A stretch of 58,027 nt of DNA, the filler included, from Sphacelaria rigidula (Eukaryota), in the NCBI GenBank assembly GCA_964200075.2. It is 4 parts of 4 records of this genome, joined end to end, with 100 filler letters (N's around TTAATTAATTAA, not from the genome) between each part and the next. Parts side by side here need not be neighbours in the genome. Positions count along the whole stretch, not along the records: positions 29,068 to 43,497 come from CAXNAA020002250.1; positions 43,598 to 58,027 come from CAXNAA020002251.1; 2 more parts are not named here. The stretch is one strand, 5' to 3'. Positions 38,590 to 51,449 of this stretch are shown piece after piece. Below the pieces are notes generated by a model. It was not told where the DNA came from. It saw only the letters and a program-made list of their open reading frames with translations, and made no database searches. A program made the position numbers and the translations under genes. How positions within the stretch are numbered: position 1 is the first letter of the stretch; every line of letters begins with the position of its first letter.

Positions 38590-39485
38590 ATGACATAACG
38601 ACACCCCCTTCTCTGGACCGTCGTCATTGCTGTGTTGGCTTCGTTGATGTCCCGTCCAATCGCACGCAGTCGGCTGGCCTCCTCTTCATTTCTGTGCCAT
38701 GAGGTCATGACCCCTCTCCGCTCCCTGCAGCACTCCCGCCTGCGACCGCAACCCCCCGTCCATATTCGCTGCTGAGGGCCAGAGGACGCGGTCAATTCCA
38801 AATGTCTGGCGTTTGTCGTCCGTACATCCGTCTGTGGCTCCGAAAGCTTGGAGATTTTCCCTCAGGTACTTCAGCCAGTTTTGTTCCGGGCACCCTGGTC
38901 CTGGATCCTCCCCCCCGACTAGTGTTCCTAATGCTATTCGCTTCGGTAGTCGTCCGTTCGGTTGTCTAACCAGGGCTCCCGCGAACAGCAGTCGTCGTTG
39001 CCGGACGATGGCTTTGGCACTTTGGCATCCGATCTTCTCGAGGGCCTGTGCATACGAAAGTTGTCGGTATGTGCCGCGCACTCGGCGATACCCAATGACT
39101 CGCAGGAAGAGCCGGTAGTACACTTTTCTCAGCAAGTCGTAGTGTTCGCGGCGCGGGGCCGACGTCATGCAACCGTATAGTAGGGCCTCCATCGCCTCCG
39201 CTTTCAGCAGCCGGACCTTGAGTTTCCACGGTGCTTTGGTCGGTCAAAGAGCTCCCGGGAGAGCTTCCTGATGCACGCCCACGCTGCTCTGCTCCGATTT
39301 TTTATTTCTTGCTTGAGTTTGCCCTCTTCGTTGACAAGCCCGCCCAAGTATCGGAAACTACTTTTCTGGGCGTATTTCTGACCCGCTGCTCCGATGATCA
39401 GCGGTGGGGGGGATGGTGTTGGTGACTCCCCCTTCTTTGGTGCTTGCCTCGGTACTCGCATGTAATGGGTCTGCGTAGGTGCCAA
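38590..39485 (-). mobile_element. 5'-truncated RTE-clade non-LTR retrotransposon (C-terminal RT region), frameshifted
   Basis: FRYLGG...EIKNRSRAAWAC...LLKAEAMEALLYGC...VRQRRLLFAGALVRQPNGRLPKRIALG...W; one frameshift near 39235. Confidence 0.88.
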
Positions 39486-41636
39486 TGTATTGGCCGATCA
39501 ATATATGTCGGATATTATAAGTATAGTGTAAACTTTAAGAGAGATGCAGACGCGGTGGATGCCGGAGCCCGTGCAGATTGGGAAAAGCTTCGAAGGGAGC
39601 CGCAGCAGTTCGCGTGCATTGCTATAACGAGTCGTCGAATTTGTTTTATATATATATATATACTGGTCAGAAAATATGGTGGCAGAAGAGACGACTCGGC
39701 ATATATGCCTTCTGATACCTATCTGGCCACCGGTATGGAGCCGCCCATCCCCTTCACAGTATGTAGTACATCTTCGGTAAACATCACAACGATAGGAAGC
39801 GCGGGGTGATAGGCGTCTTTTGGTACCCCTGTGGTCACCGGTGCTGTGTTGCTTATACCTGCCCTGGACAATATAGCATATTCCAATATGATACCAATGC
39901 TTTGTATTGGAGACGGCGCAGATATTGTCCTTTCAATATATTTGTGTTGAGATGTCCTCGGAGACGTTGAAGCAGCAGCATGGATTTCTCGTGTCATAAT
40001 CGTGAAGTAATGCATGACACTATATGGTGGATATTCGTTTGCTTCGGGAACAACGCATCCAATACATGTTGTGCATGCCGGCCGTGTATGTATTGAAGTG
40101 TCATATAGAGTCGAAGCGATTCGTAACATATTGTTATCATAAGACATTTTGAACGCAAACCATGCAAATGTATAGTTTTTCCGAAATATATTGCGCACGC
40201 TCATCGCAAAGCTATTGTGCAGCCAAGACATATTGAACACGCTCGCGGAGGAATATATTGAGCGTTTTTAGCATGTGGTGGTACATCTTTTAATGGCGTT
40301 CGCGAACATAAAACTGCCCACCATACTAATTCCAGTACAATTTCCAATCTACATGTTGAAAATCAGTATATATATATATATCAATTAAGTCATTTATCTT
40401 TTTCGCCGTTGAAGAATGTTTCATCTTTTTCACTTGATTTTAGAGTACCTTTTTTCGCGCCGATTTCATTCTCCCAGAGGCTCTGAGAACGCAGTATTGC
40501 CTTTTTCTTGATTTTAGAGTACGGCGAAATGGTGTCATTCGGTCGTTTTCAGAAGCTCAGAGAGGCGAGCATGAGTACAGCGAAACGCGGTCATTTCGTT
40601 CTCTCGAGCTCCGACAAAGCAGCATTACATTTCAAGCAAGGCAGCATTACATGATATCCCTTCAGGAGGATTCGGGAGTATCGCCTCTTTTTTTCCTCGG
40701 CGTGGCGGTAGACCCCCACAGGCCTTTCAATCGCTCCGCCGTTTTGTACGTTTATAACGGTCAGGATCGTTGCCAGAAACTCTGAGACAGGTGCACTGTT
40801 TTCACTTACTTTTAGATGACGGCGAGCACGAGTCGCGAACTCTCCCAGTGTACAGAGCAGAACGTCTGTGCTATTATGAGTCGCGAACTTTCTCAACGTC
40901 TCTGCCCGCGTGGCGCCGACTGGATGTGGCTTCTCGTGTGCTCTGTTTGTATTCTGCTCAGTTTTTCCCCAAACATATCCGGTTGCAACTGTTTTTTTGT
41001 TATTTTTAATCATGCGCCGCGGGGAACGTGGCTTCTCGTGTGCTCTGTTTGTATTCTGCTCGCCGTTTTGTACGTTTATAACGGTCAGAATCGTTGCCAG
41101 AAGCTCGGAGACAGGTGCACTTTTTTCACTTGCTTTCAGATGACGGCGATCATGAGTCGCGAACTCCCAGCGCACAGAACGGAACGGCTGTGCTGTCATA
41201 GCACGCAATTATCACCGGCGAAGTTTCCGATGCCACTTTTGCCATCATGACCGATTCGCGCGCAAGTCATCGTCGTCTCTTCTTGATCCTTTTTTTCTCG
41301 TGCTGTAGCAGCCGCAAAGTTTCCGATACCATTTCTCACCATTCTCTCGCACATATCCGTTTTCTGTGTTTTTGTCAAAACACTTTTCATCATGAGCCGC
41401 GGAGTTCGGGTCGTTCCTCCACGCAGGACACTTTTCATAATGAGCCGCGAAGTTTCCGATGCCACCTTTCATCACGTCTTTCCCGAACATATTTTTCGGG
41501 TCGTTTCTCAACTCGAAAATAGTTGCTTACACTACTTTCCACGGTCCAAACTGTTAGTTGTTCGTCGATTGTGTACATTATATGTTCTACTTCTCAAATA
41601 TATATCCATCACGTTGCGGTTATTGCGTGCTTATTA

Positions 41637-41845
41637 GAGGTATCTCAAACTCGCCTCCCGGTATCCTGGTTTGTTTTGTTCTATTTTTTCAGGTGAAAGT
41701 GATGCCGATTCATCAGATGATGTGACCCTTTGACCGCCAGGTCAGATCCTCCCATGAATCGCGATCACTTTCGCTTGAAAAAATTATACACAACTCAGAG
41801 CCAGCGAATAAACCAGGATACCGGGAGCCGAGTTTGAGATACCTC
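41637..41845. mobile_element. MITE with ~37-bp TIRs, flanked by TA
   Basis: GAGGTATCTCAAACTCG(C/G)CTCCCGGTATCCTGGTTT at both ends in inverted orientation. Confidence 0.8.
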
Positions 41846-42255
41846 TATTGTGATGTGGGATTGAAAATGTCGATAGTCACTGTGGTTACGGGCGTTTTTG
41901 CGGTGCAATAGTGCTGGACTCATGGTTGCGAACACTGGCGTGTGTCCGTCACAAGTCTTTGTGTCCTCGGGTGACTACGACGCAAGAATATTTTGTCCAA
42001 TGGTACGAGTGTCCCCGGGTGTGTGTTCGTCGACGGTATACGATGTTTCCTATTCGTTGCTGTGTGTTGAGAACGTGAATGCGTGTCTCCGTGTGTGTTC
42101 TTCGACGATGGAGCTTGTCGTTTACCCGTTCCTGCAAGTACGATTATACATCAATAAACCTCTTCTTCATATTATCCTGCTCCCGGGACATCTATCACCA
42201 TACGAGCTGGGCCAGCCTAAAGGCGGATTTGTAGTTTGCACGCCGGTTCGTCGGG

Positions 42256-42489
42256 CAATATTTTGAGTTGGACCCTGAAATTTGGTATGGACAATGAAAA
42301 GGGCACAACAACAAAAAAATATGATGTAACTTTTTTTTTTCACGAGTTGAGGACATTTTACTTCTACCTGAAAACTGATTATTGCTCTTAATTCATTAGA
42401 AGAAAAAATCTTAGGATACATGCGTAATTTTTTTTCATGTACCCTGTGCATTGTCCAAACCAAATTTCAGGGGCCAACTCAAAATATTG
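42256..42489. repeat. Inverted-repeat (MITE-like) element
   Basis: caatattttgagttgg-ccctgaaatttggt versus accaaatttcagggg-ccaactcaaaatattg. Confidence 0.75.
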
Positions 42490-43106
42490 GTTGGCGAATC
42501 AGCGATTTAGTATCGGGGTTGGTGGAAATTCGGAACAGTATTTTGCAGGCCACTTACCGCCCCACGTTTGGTGTTTGTGTATTGAAACTTCGTGTGGGAC
42601 CTCGCTAGGGGATAATCAACCAAAAAAATGGGTCAGGTTAGTATTTCTTCATTTTTCACTGGTCAAGTAGGGCGTTTTAGTGTGGGAACGACCATCTTTT
42701 TACGAGAACGTCCGAACCTCTCCCCTCCAAAAAAATGAAGGCCCATTTCATTCATTTAGCATTCCTCTGCGGTCCTTCATGATAAGTTTCGAATCACAAT
42801 TTTAAAAATTGAGATAAGGCCGGAGAGCAGTGTACATTTCTCCTCAAAACTGGCCTAAATAAAAGAGCTGTGTTTTTAGCTTCATTCTGCACTAGCGGCT
42901 CTCCATATGGAATTTCATAGCACAACTCTCGAAAACTGAGACGCGATATCCAGATTTTTAGCATCATCTAGTGCCTCTGCTCGTAATATATCGAGTTTAG
43001 TATGGAGCCTTATGTGCACCATATCTCGAGATAGATGACGAAATCGGTGAACGTGAGGATATCTATCGTCTCCCAGTGCTCCAGGGAATGTCCAGACTGA
43101 AAATCG

Positions 43107-43315
43107 TTCAAGTGCAGGTCGAGTATAGTATACTTGATTGCGGGGTATTTTAAAAGTCGCACTTGAAGTACACGAATTGGGGGTAGGGTTTCAGGGATCG
43201 CTTCCCAGATATTTGGTGGGTACGACTCCTCATACTCTACCCTAATTTGAGTACCTCAAGTGCGTATTTCAAAATACCCCGCAATTGAGTATACTGTACT
43301 CGACCTGCCCTTGAA
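43107..43315. repeat. Imperfect ~80-bp-arm inverted repeat
   Basis: ttcaagtgcaggtcgagtatagtatact...gcggggtatttt versus aaaataccccgc...agtatactgtactcgacctgcccttgaa. Confidence 0.75.
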
Positions 43316-43497
43316 ATCGTTGCCATCCGCTGATTGCATCGATTGGGGTTTCATATGAATTTTAGTCGATGATATATTGCTCTGAAAGCCTAATTCCGTT
43401 TCTAGGCTGGCCCAGCTCGTACGCACACAGCGGAAAATACTCCACTTAAAACTATGACCTGTGCCGTTACGCAATGCGAGCAACGATGACCGGTTCT

Positions 43498-43597
43498 NNN
43501 NNNNNNNNNNNNNNNNNNNNNNNNNNNNNNNNNNNNNNNNNTTAATTAATTAANNNNNNNNNNNNNNNNNNNNNNNNNNNNNNNNNNNNNNNNNNNN
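43498..43597. other. Artificial 100-nt joining spacer
   Basis: Identical N44-TTAATTAATTAA-N44 structure. Confidence 0.97.
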
Positions 43598-45150
43598 GGG
43601 GGGGGGGGTAAGGCGGAAATCCAACCGGCGGTGTGTTCACAGACATGTCACGTTCACTGTTGATAACGCAGCAATTATCGGCCGCAACACAGATGTTACC
43701 TGTCGCACACGGCCGGCGCAATGAACGGCTAACAACAACTACACGCCCCACGTTCACACCTGTCAGTGAGCCGTCGCCCTCTGAAGAGTGGTCATCCCAC
43801 GCCAGTTCCAACTTGCCGACGCCTGCCTCACCACCGGTTGAGGCCGTCGCTATTGATTTCGCCGCATGAGCTTTGCCCGCACGAGGTGCCACACCCTCAA
43901 CAGCATGCCCTGCGATTCCACCGCTCGCCGCCAGGATTGTGGCCGCCCCCGCTACTGTCGCCGCACGAGCGCCGATCCTGCCGTGGGTCAAGCCCTCAAC
44001 GGCATGTTCTGCATATCCAGTGGCCGCCGCGACCGTTGGGCCCACCGCTGCTGCTTGAGCCGCATGAGCGCCACCCGCTCCGAGTGCCAAACCCTCAACA
44101 CCATGTCCTACGGTTCCAGCGACCGCCGCCACGGTTGAGGCCGCTGCTGCTGCTTTGGCGCCGACCCTGCCATAGGCCAAACCCTCAACACTATGTCCCG
44201 CGTTGCCACCGCCCCCTGCCACAGTTGGGCCCGCCGCCGCCGCTTTCGCCGCATGAGCGCCGACACTGCGATGGGGCAAACCCTCAACACCGCATCCTGC
44301 GTTTCCACCGCCCCCCGCCACGGTTGGGCTCGCCACCGCCGCTTTTACCGCCGCAGTTTCCGCCGCACGAGCGCCGACCGTGCCACAAGCCAAACCCGCA
44401 ACACCATGTCCTTCGTTTCCTGCGGTCGCCGGCAGCCTTGGGCCCGCCGCTGCTGCCTCGGCCGCATAGGCGCCGCTTGTGTGAATTGTGCTGCACGAGC
44501 TCTTACATCCGCAGTGCCCGTGCACGCATGGCTTCCCCAGCTTCCCACAGGTACAGGCCCGGCACCTGTGCTTCTCCGCCCTCGCAGGATCGCAGCCGCA
44601 AGTCAGGCCTTTTAGTTGTCCGTGCGTGGTTAGTACAGCATGGGTTGACAGTCTGAGCGCCACATTATCATCTGTCAGGACGGTGGTGTCGTCTCCCCCC
44701 TCTGTCGACCATCCCCGCCCTCGGAAACACACAGGCGGGATCGTACGTTCCAGGGCCCCCTTCCAATACTCCGAGACCGCGTCTGCCCTCTTCACCTGCA
44801 ACTCCAACGCATCCCATTTGGGGCATTTTTTCTTCCCCCTCGCGCCTCTCGCCACCCAAATCGTATCCTGTACAACGTGCGCGAATTTACGAGTATCCCG
44901 CTGTACCTCTGTCGCCTCGAACAGCCCCACGGCACCACACGCGAATTTCGTCTGGAACACATAGGCGTGTTTTTCGAAATAGCACACGCACAGCATCTTC
45001 ACAGCCCCTTCGATGTGCACCCGCCACCTGCCTCCACTGAGTGCCACGATGGGATCGTCGAACAGGCGAGGCATGGTCACCGTCATCCTCACGTGCTTCA
45101 GCATTTGTGTGAAGCTCATGCTGTGTATCGCAGGCAGTTTTGTGAAGAGT
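43598..45150 (-). mobile_element. Academ-like (XPG/PIN-type + Cys8 finger) DNA-transposon ORF, C-terminal part, followed by Ala/Gly/Val-rich tandem repeats
   Basis: CPKWDALELQVKRADAVSEYWKGALERTIPPVCFRGRGW...LTCGC-x9-CRACTCGKLGKPCVHGHCGC matches the recalled P-x2-DAL-x4-KRA...W-x2-AL...GW...CxC...CxC..C..CxC tail of Academ-type proteins. Upstream part is broken near 45150. Confidence 0.6.
43780..44480 (-). repeat. Coding minisatellite, ~6-7 degenerate units of ~90-115 bp (G-H-x-V-E-G-L...A-A-x-A-A-A)
   Basis: Recurrent ccctcaacaccatgtc and gccgcatgagcgcc motifs; repeated peptide in ORF 43542..45119. Confidence 0.85.
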
Positions 45151-48100
45151 TTTGTGAAAAGACGAAAAGAAATACCTATTTTGACGTCGCCTATGTATCG
45201 CGCCAGAGACGCAAAACTGTCTTACAACACGGGATTTTACACGTTGGGGATGGTGTCCTTCTCGAGGATGACTAACTCAGAGAATGAAAATCTTCGTATC
45301 AACATCCAATAATTCGGAGTATGATCCCATTTCTGCATTTTCTGGTAGCTATTGACAAGTACTACACGCCATACTAATTTCGATCTCGATAAGGGAAATG
45401 TTGGGGTCCTGGGTGCAAAACCAATTTCTGTGAATTTCGGCCATCTTATCAGATCATCTCAATCCCCCAAAATTGTGTCGTCACTACGGCCCCAACATGT
45501 CGGTTATCAGGATCCAAACTTGTAAGGCGTACAGTACCTACGGCGCATTTTTTTCACTGACTGCACTACACTTGTATGCGACGAGTGTGTGATGTAGCTC
45601 TGACTGTACCATCGCGGGTGCGGTGTGCGACGAGTGTGTGATAAAACGTCAAATCCCAGGCAGAAACAAATCTCTGGGAATCGATTCCTTTTCCCGGAGA
45701 TATTTGGAAAAATCGCAGTCTGGGAATTTAGATCAGTTTCCCGATGTATCTTTTCCTTCAAAATGGCCCTATAACGTCGCATTGTCGCAGAAGTCTCTGG
45801 AAATTGACGGCAACGACTTGACTCAGACACTTTCGTCAGTCTACAAGAAGCGGCTTCAATGGAAAAATCCATCTCCAATTTGTAAAATGCCGTGTTTTGT
45901 GACGACCGGCGACGGTCTAAAACACCCCGCATGAACACGGCACTTACTCCGTATGACCCTGACAACATCAATTCAGCATACGTGGTGGGCCCGATATCCT
46001 TCTCTTCCCAATATCGCTCGACGCCAGCACTTTGAACCGCCTTGAACAGAAGAGATAACACTACCGCATATTCCCTCACTACCCAAAACGCACACTGGGC
46101 AAATTTCGTTGCCGCCGCAATTTCAGGAAACTACCCGAAAGGATTATGAAGGACAAGTTAACTGCGGCAAAATTGCGGCGCAATGTACTGTGCTCGCCGC
46201 GGCAGGTTGTGCTTTCTTAAAGCAGTTCCTGGCGCTCACCTCCTGCGTCGATATTCCGTTCCTCTTCGCCCTTCGCCGCTCCGGAAACATCGTGGCGGGT
46301 GCCTTCCATGGTCGACGGACACTCCGCCTCTTCGTCCGGGATGACTTCCATCCGCACCCACCGCCGACTGGTACGCAGACCCTGTACACTTTGACATAAA
46401 TTTGACGGCTCAGGGCAAGAACAAATGGCGAATACCTGAATTGCCTCTACTCTGTCTGACGTCGGTGTCCATGACACGCGAGTGCCATGCAGATCAAAAC
46501 CCCTACAGGAGAGCAACCGCACACCTGGATTAGATTGCACTCTGACGGGTAACGCCGATGATTACTCCCAAGCCTCGTCATTGTCGGCCATAATACGGCA
46601 CCGTGCCCTCTCCATGCTATGTAGGCATTTCTGTACAGTGCATCCTAACGGTACATCACACGATTATTTCAAAGGCAAGTGCGCAAATGTAGTCGCCCGG
46701 GGCTTTACTGTTACGCGAAAAAGGACTGAGCCCAACACCTAACGTCGCTGCAAGACGGTCGGGTTACGAAAATCTGGACCTGCGACGGGTGGTATTCCCC
46801 GCACACATGAACGGCAGCAGAAGCGGCTGGGTAAATGTTGTGGTGAACTGCGAAAGACAGGTGGAAATCACTGCAGGGCAGAGATATACGAAGGATGTTA
46901 CGTGCTGCGGTGGGCCATGTCACCTTACACGTTGCTGCTGTGCATCGAGCACGTTGTGCCGCTACAAGCGTCACTGCTGCGGGTGGTGCGCAGTCTCTTA
47001 CACAGGCGGCACGCAGTATATGATGTGCTGTACTGTATCATATGTGTTCAGACCAGTGCATACGGTGTGGGGTACATGACCCTTCACGAGCTTCGTCGTG
47101 CACTACCGGGACGGTACGTTTTTCCAGTAGAGATCGCTTGCAATTCATGCTGTTACATACGTCGCGAGCGATGCAGCTTTCTCCACGTCTGCAGACCGCT
47201 AGTGAGGCGAGCTCTTGATGCTGGAAGTGCCCGCCCCTCTTCCCGTGATGATCTCCAGTCTTGGTCTCAGACAATTGAAATCTTCGGAATATGACAGTAT
47301 CTACTAGAAGGTACACATCTGCCCCACAAATCCCTCCATATTATCGAAAAGAAACAACACTGTAAGGGAAGGGCGCAAAACGAAGTGGTCATCGGGGGGC
47401 TTGCGTCGATGCTCGAATGTATCCTGCTAGCCTTTGACCCTTTTGTCCTATTGCACGCACTTGGACCGAAATCTGTGACTTCACCTTCTAAAGAATCGTT
47501 CTACTCGGGAGTACCCCACAGGTTTTTGTCCTTTACCTGCCCTCAATACACAAAAGCTCAAAATATCGTATCTTGCTTTGTTGTATTTTCGGAGATATAC
47601 TCCAGATTCCCGAACCTGCTAGCCCGTCTACAAGTTTTCTTGACTTTTAAACATCTCAACCTGGAATATCTCATCCCACTTATGTCTAAACCTTGAACGT
47701 GTGGCCCACAATACCTAAAAACACTATAGCATGATCCCTGTACCCCGGATTATAAGTATTTTTTGTTGTTTTGCCCCGGTTCCCACACGTACGCGTCTTA
47801 TTTGAACTGGAGAACTGGTTCAGTACAAAACCTTCAAGCCTCCGAGAGGTTGGCTCACCACATGAGCCCATTCTGTGAACCTAAATTTTGATCTCATGTT
47901 CAGATAAATTTGGTGAACAAACTAATGCAAACCGCCAAAACTCTGGTGAGCCTCAATTTTTCCACTCGATCCTCAAACCAACCATTCAACTCTTCAACCT
48001 GGAAAAGAAAACTTCAAGAAAAAAATTCAAGATCCATCATTTTACAATACTTACCGCACATACTTCTTCACAAATCGGGTCTCTTTATTGTAATTGCTGC

Positions 48101-48654
48101 CTGTGTTCAACCCACACAATTATTTTAACAGTCAAATCCAAAGTAAAACAGAGACAAACTGTCAAACTAAGATAAGAAAATCAGCCAAAACATTTCATCG
48201 TTCTCCTGGCTCACCTTCCTCTGCTCTTCGTTGCCGTGCACCGATGCCAAACCACCCCCAATCGTCTACGTCTTCTGATGTCCGTCTTCTGATGCGATGA
48301 TGGTCGATGGTCTCTCTCTATTTTCTCCAGCTCCAAAGTGTGTGCGAAGATTTTCGATGTCCGTACTGCACATGAACATGTCAGCACCAATCCCCTGCTT
48401 GGTTCCTGGAGGTGTTTCAATTTTCCGCCAAAAAGGTGGACATTGTACCTCCTCCCAAGATCCAGCATCCTCTGGGTATGCGGGCGACTTGGCAGCGCTG
48501 CATTTTCCTGGAGTCCCATCACTTGGGCTAACTGCCACCCTGCTTTCTGCATACAGAAATAAATGTTGCACCCAACAAGTTGCGGATCGTAAACATGAGG
48601 GCCATCATCAACGTCGCCTCTGAGTTCGTAACCCTTAGCCACTAACATTTGTCC

Positions 48655-50572
48655 TCACCCCCGCGCCTCCTCCCTTCGTGCCAAGTTAATATGATACTTG
48701 CGATACTTTGTGTTGTCGGGCTTCTCCATTTGCGGATTTCCCATCCAGCATGTCAAAATCACACGACCATATTGTTTGACCTCTTCATGTTCCCATGTCG
48801 GCCTTTCCAGATTCTCCCAATATAACAAGTTTTGTACGGATAGCTTCCCCCCCAAACCGCGAGATGAACGGTGGCTCACGACTTTTGTGGGTTTCAGCCT
48901 GTACTTGTCTAACTGCACCGACACCTCCTCCTCTGTCAGGTGTAACGTCGGTGACAGTTTCGAGTACTGCTTCAACACATATTCACTCAGGCCCCAAGGT
49001 AACGATTTAGGCGGCTCCGGCTCATCTTTTGGATTGTAGCACCGCTTACATCGCAGCACCGAAACTCGAGGACTCATGATTACTCCCGGCTCATTTTTCC
49101 GAAGTTCGAGCAACAGTAATTTTTCTCCTACTAGCTCTCCCTTTTCCGAAATGCCTGGTCCTTCCACCAAAATTTTATACGGCCCCTTCCATGAGAGACA
49201 GTTTGAACGATAAAGATGAAGTCCCCCCATCTCGTACCGTACCTTCTCCCGACATGATAGTACCCTTGGTATCATAAACGAATACCCCGTTACCTACTTC
49301 CCATTTTGGTCGCTGATTTGAAGCTTCCTCCACTTGCTCGTCATTTGACTCACGCTTGGATTTTAGTAAATAATCTTTTTGCCTCACCGGAACGTTGCTT
49401 TGGTTTGACGATCCTTCATCAACTGCAAGTACTCCAGTTGATCCGCCTTCAATCCTTGGCAGTAGACTTTACCACTCGGTAGTTGACAGATAGTTCTCGG
49501 AAAATTCCGGTTTGTGACAGGTGCAGTATTGGATTTTAGTGTGGACACCGAAATCCGGATCTTCAGAGGGGCTACGCTCATGGCGTGCCCCTAGCGTGCG
49601 CAGAACGCGTCTTTGTCTGAATCGGCGCGTGGGGCGCCGATTTGAGGTCTGGCAACGCACACTTCGCCTAGAGAACACGTCCCACCCCCCTTGCCCGAGG
49701 GTTCTCGGTATGTCTTCGTTGGGGTTAGGGTTAGGGTTAGTGTTATTCGAAATGCATCAGCACCTGCACCAACCATAAAATTCCGAGAAATATCTGTCAA
49801 CTACCGAGTGGTAGTCACCTCATCCTTGGTGTCCGGACGCACCCCTCTTTTCTAGGATGGTCATGGGTAACCGGGGATACCTTCCAATATGCACCTCATT
49901 TGGCGCCAATCCTATTCCCCTTCTCACGTTATTGTTGTGTGCGGCAATGGCGTGTAACAACAACTTATCCCAGTCCTTCTGGTCATCTGCTACCAGATAC
50001 GACAGCATTTGACACAACATGTGGTTTAGTCGCTCTACCATTCCATTTGTCTGTGCGTGATACGCACTTGTGTATCGTTTCACGGCTCGCAACATCTCCT
50101 AGACCAACCTTGCTACTTTTGCCGTGAATTCCGTTCCTCGATCCGCCAGTAACGTGTGAGGACGTCCCCATCTTGGGATATAGTCATGCGCTAGAATATC
50201 CGCACAACCTTTCGCCGTTTTCTCTCCTTTGGTAAGAGCATAAGCTTCCGCGTGCCTACTAAATAGATCCACCATCAAGAGAATGTAGGTGTTTCCTCTC
50301 GTTGATTTCGGCAACGGACCCAACAAATCGAACGAAACCATCTGCCCTGGTTGACTTGGCAGCGGTAAAGAAATAAGTGGCCACCTCACCGTATTTCTTG
50401 GATTTTTCCGAGCTTGACATGTATAACATCGCCTAATCCAGAATTTCACACTGTCCTTCATTCCAATCCACCAGTAGTACCGTTTCAACAGAGATAGCGT
50501 AATACCTTCCCCCAAGTGAATGGCTTCTTTGTGGATTTGGTCCATCACCCAAGGTCTCAACAGCAGTGGCAC
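48655..50572 (-). pseudogene. Gypsy integrase (HHCC-DDE-GPY) with C-terminal chromodomain-like segment, interrupted by a MITE
   Basis: IHKEAIHLG...CYTCQ; FDLLGPL; ADRGTEF; NGMVERLN; SWKGPYKIL; KVVSHRSSRG...LYWENLERPTWEHEE. Confidence 0.9.
49460..49821 (-). mobile_element. Non-autonomous DNA element with internal (CCCTAA)n, 8-bp TSD ATCCTTGG, inserted in the gypsy integrase
   Basis: ATCCTTGG at 49452-49459 and 49822-49829. Subterminal IR ccactcggtagttgacagata(g/t)ttctcggaa. Removing the element restores ...SGHQGLKADQLEY. Confidence 0.9.
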
Positions 50573-51449
50573 ATACGTCCTGGCTGGCTATTCTCCCAAG
50601 TACCTCTCAAACTGTCCCGGATTTCGGTCCATTTGACTGGGCATTGGAGTCTGCGTTTTTACCAATGAAAAACTTTCGTCCGCAAGTTTCAAAAGTGTTC
50701 CATTTTTCAACAATCTTTTGAACTCGGATAAGTCCATTTGTGTGGGGACACCCTTTTCCTGATTTTTAGTCAACACAGTCACTCGTTTTTTCAAATATTC
50801 GATGACAGTCCTAGACGTGAGCTCTTCCTGCCGTATCTGAGCCCAATCTGTTGCCGATTTCTGGCATAACTGTTCCCCAAAATTACAGGCTTCTTCCGCT
50901 TCCAGAGTCGATTATACAGTTATTTGTGGCCCCGCACTACTGCTTCCTACTTCAGTTGTGGGTTCGATTACCGACACTGCCCTGTGTTTCAGAGGCTGTA
51001 GCAATCTCATCCCTATTTCCGTGATCGGACATGCATTCAAGGGCAAACCCTGTTCCCATTGTCCACCGACCGTGTTACTACCATGAAGATAAACCAACGG
51101 AGAGTCATGGGTAAAACGTACAGAGGCTTGTCCGCTATTTTCCTTCCTATTTTACTTGCATCACTATTACTCTTCGCTCTTTGTAGCTTTACCCATTGTT
51201 GGTCAGCTTTTTCGGGGGTCGTGAGCGGTGCTGTGCTTACTTCTTTTCCCCCAATTTTACAAATCGATCCAGGGTCCAGCCCATTCAAACTTGAATCATG
51301 GGTACTCACTACAGATCCTATGTGTCCATCCCTTGTCGGGCCTTTAAAATTGCTCGGCCAAACTGCACTAGCACCAATGAAATAGACGTCCATGTCTCCC
51401 GGGTCCGTGACTTGGGGCTCCCCAGACAAATCATTCTCATCCGGCGGCT

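Noticed and set aside
47300-48200. 3' LTR / polypurine tract of the gypsy element
   Set aside because: A purine-rich stretch followed by TG exists near 47327-47340 on the minus strand, but there is no matching second LTR in the piece to confirm it.
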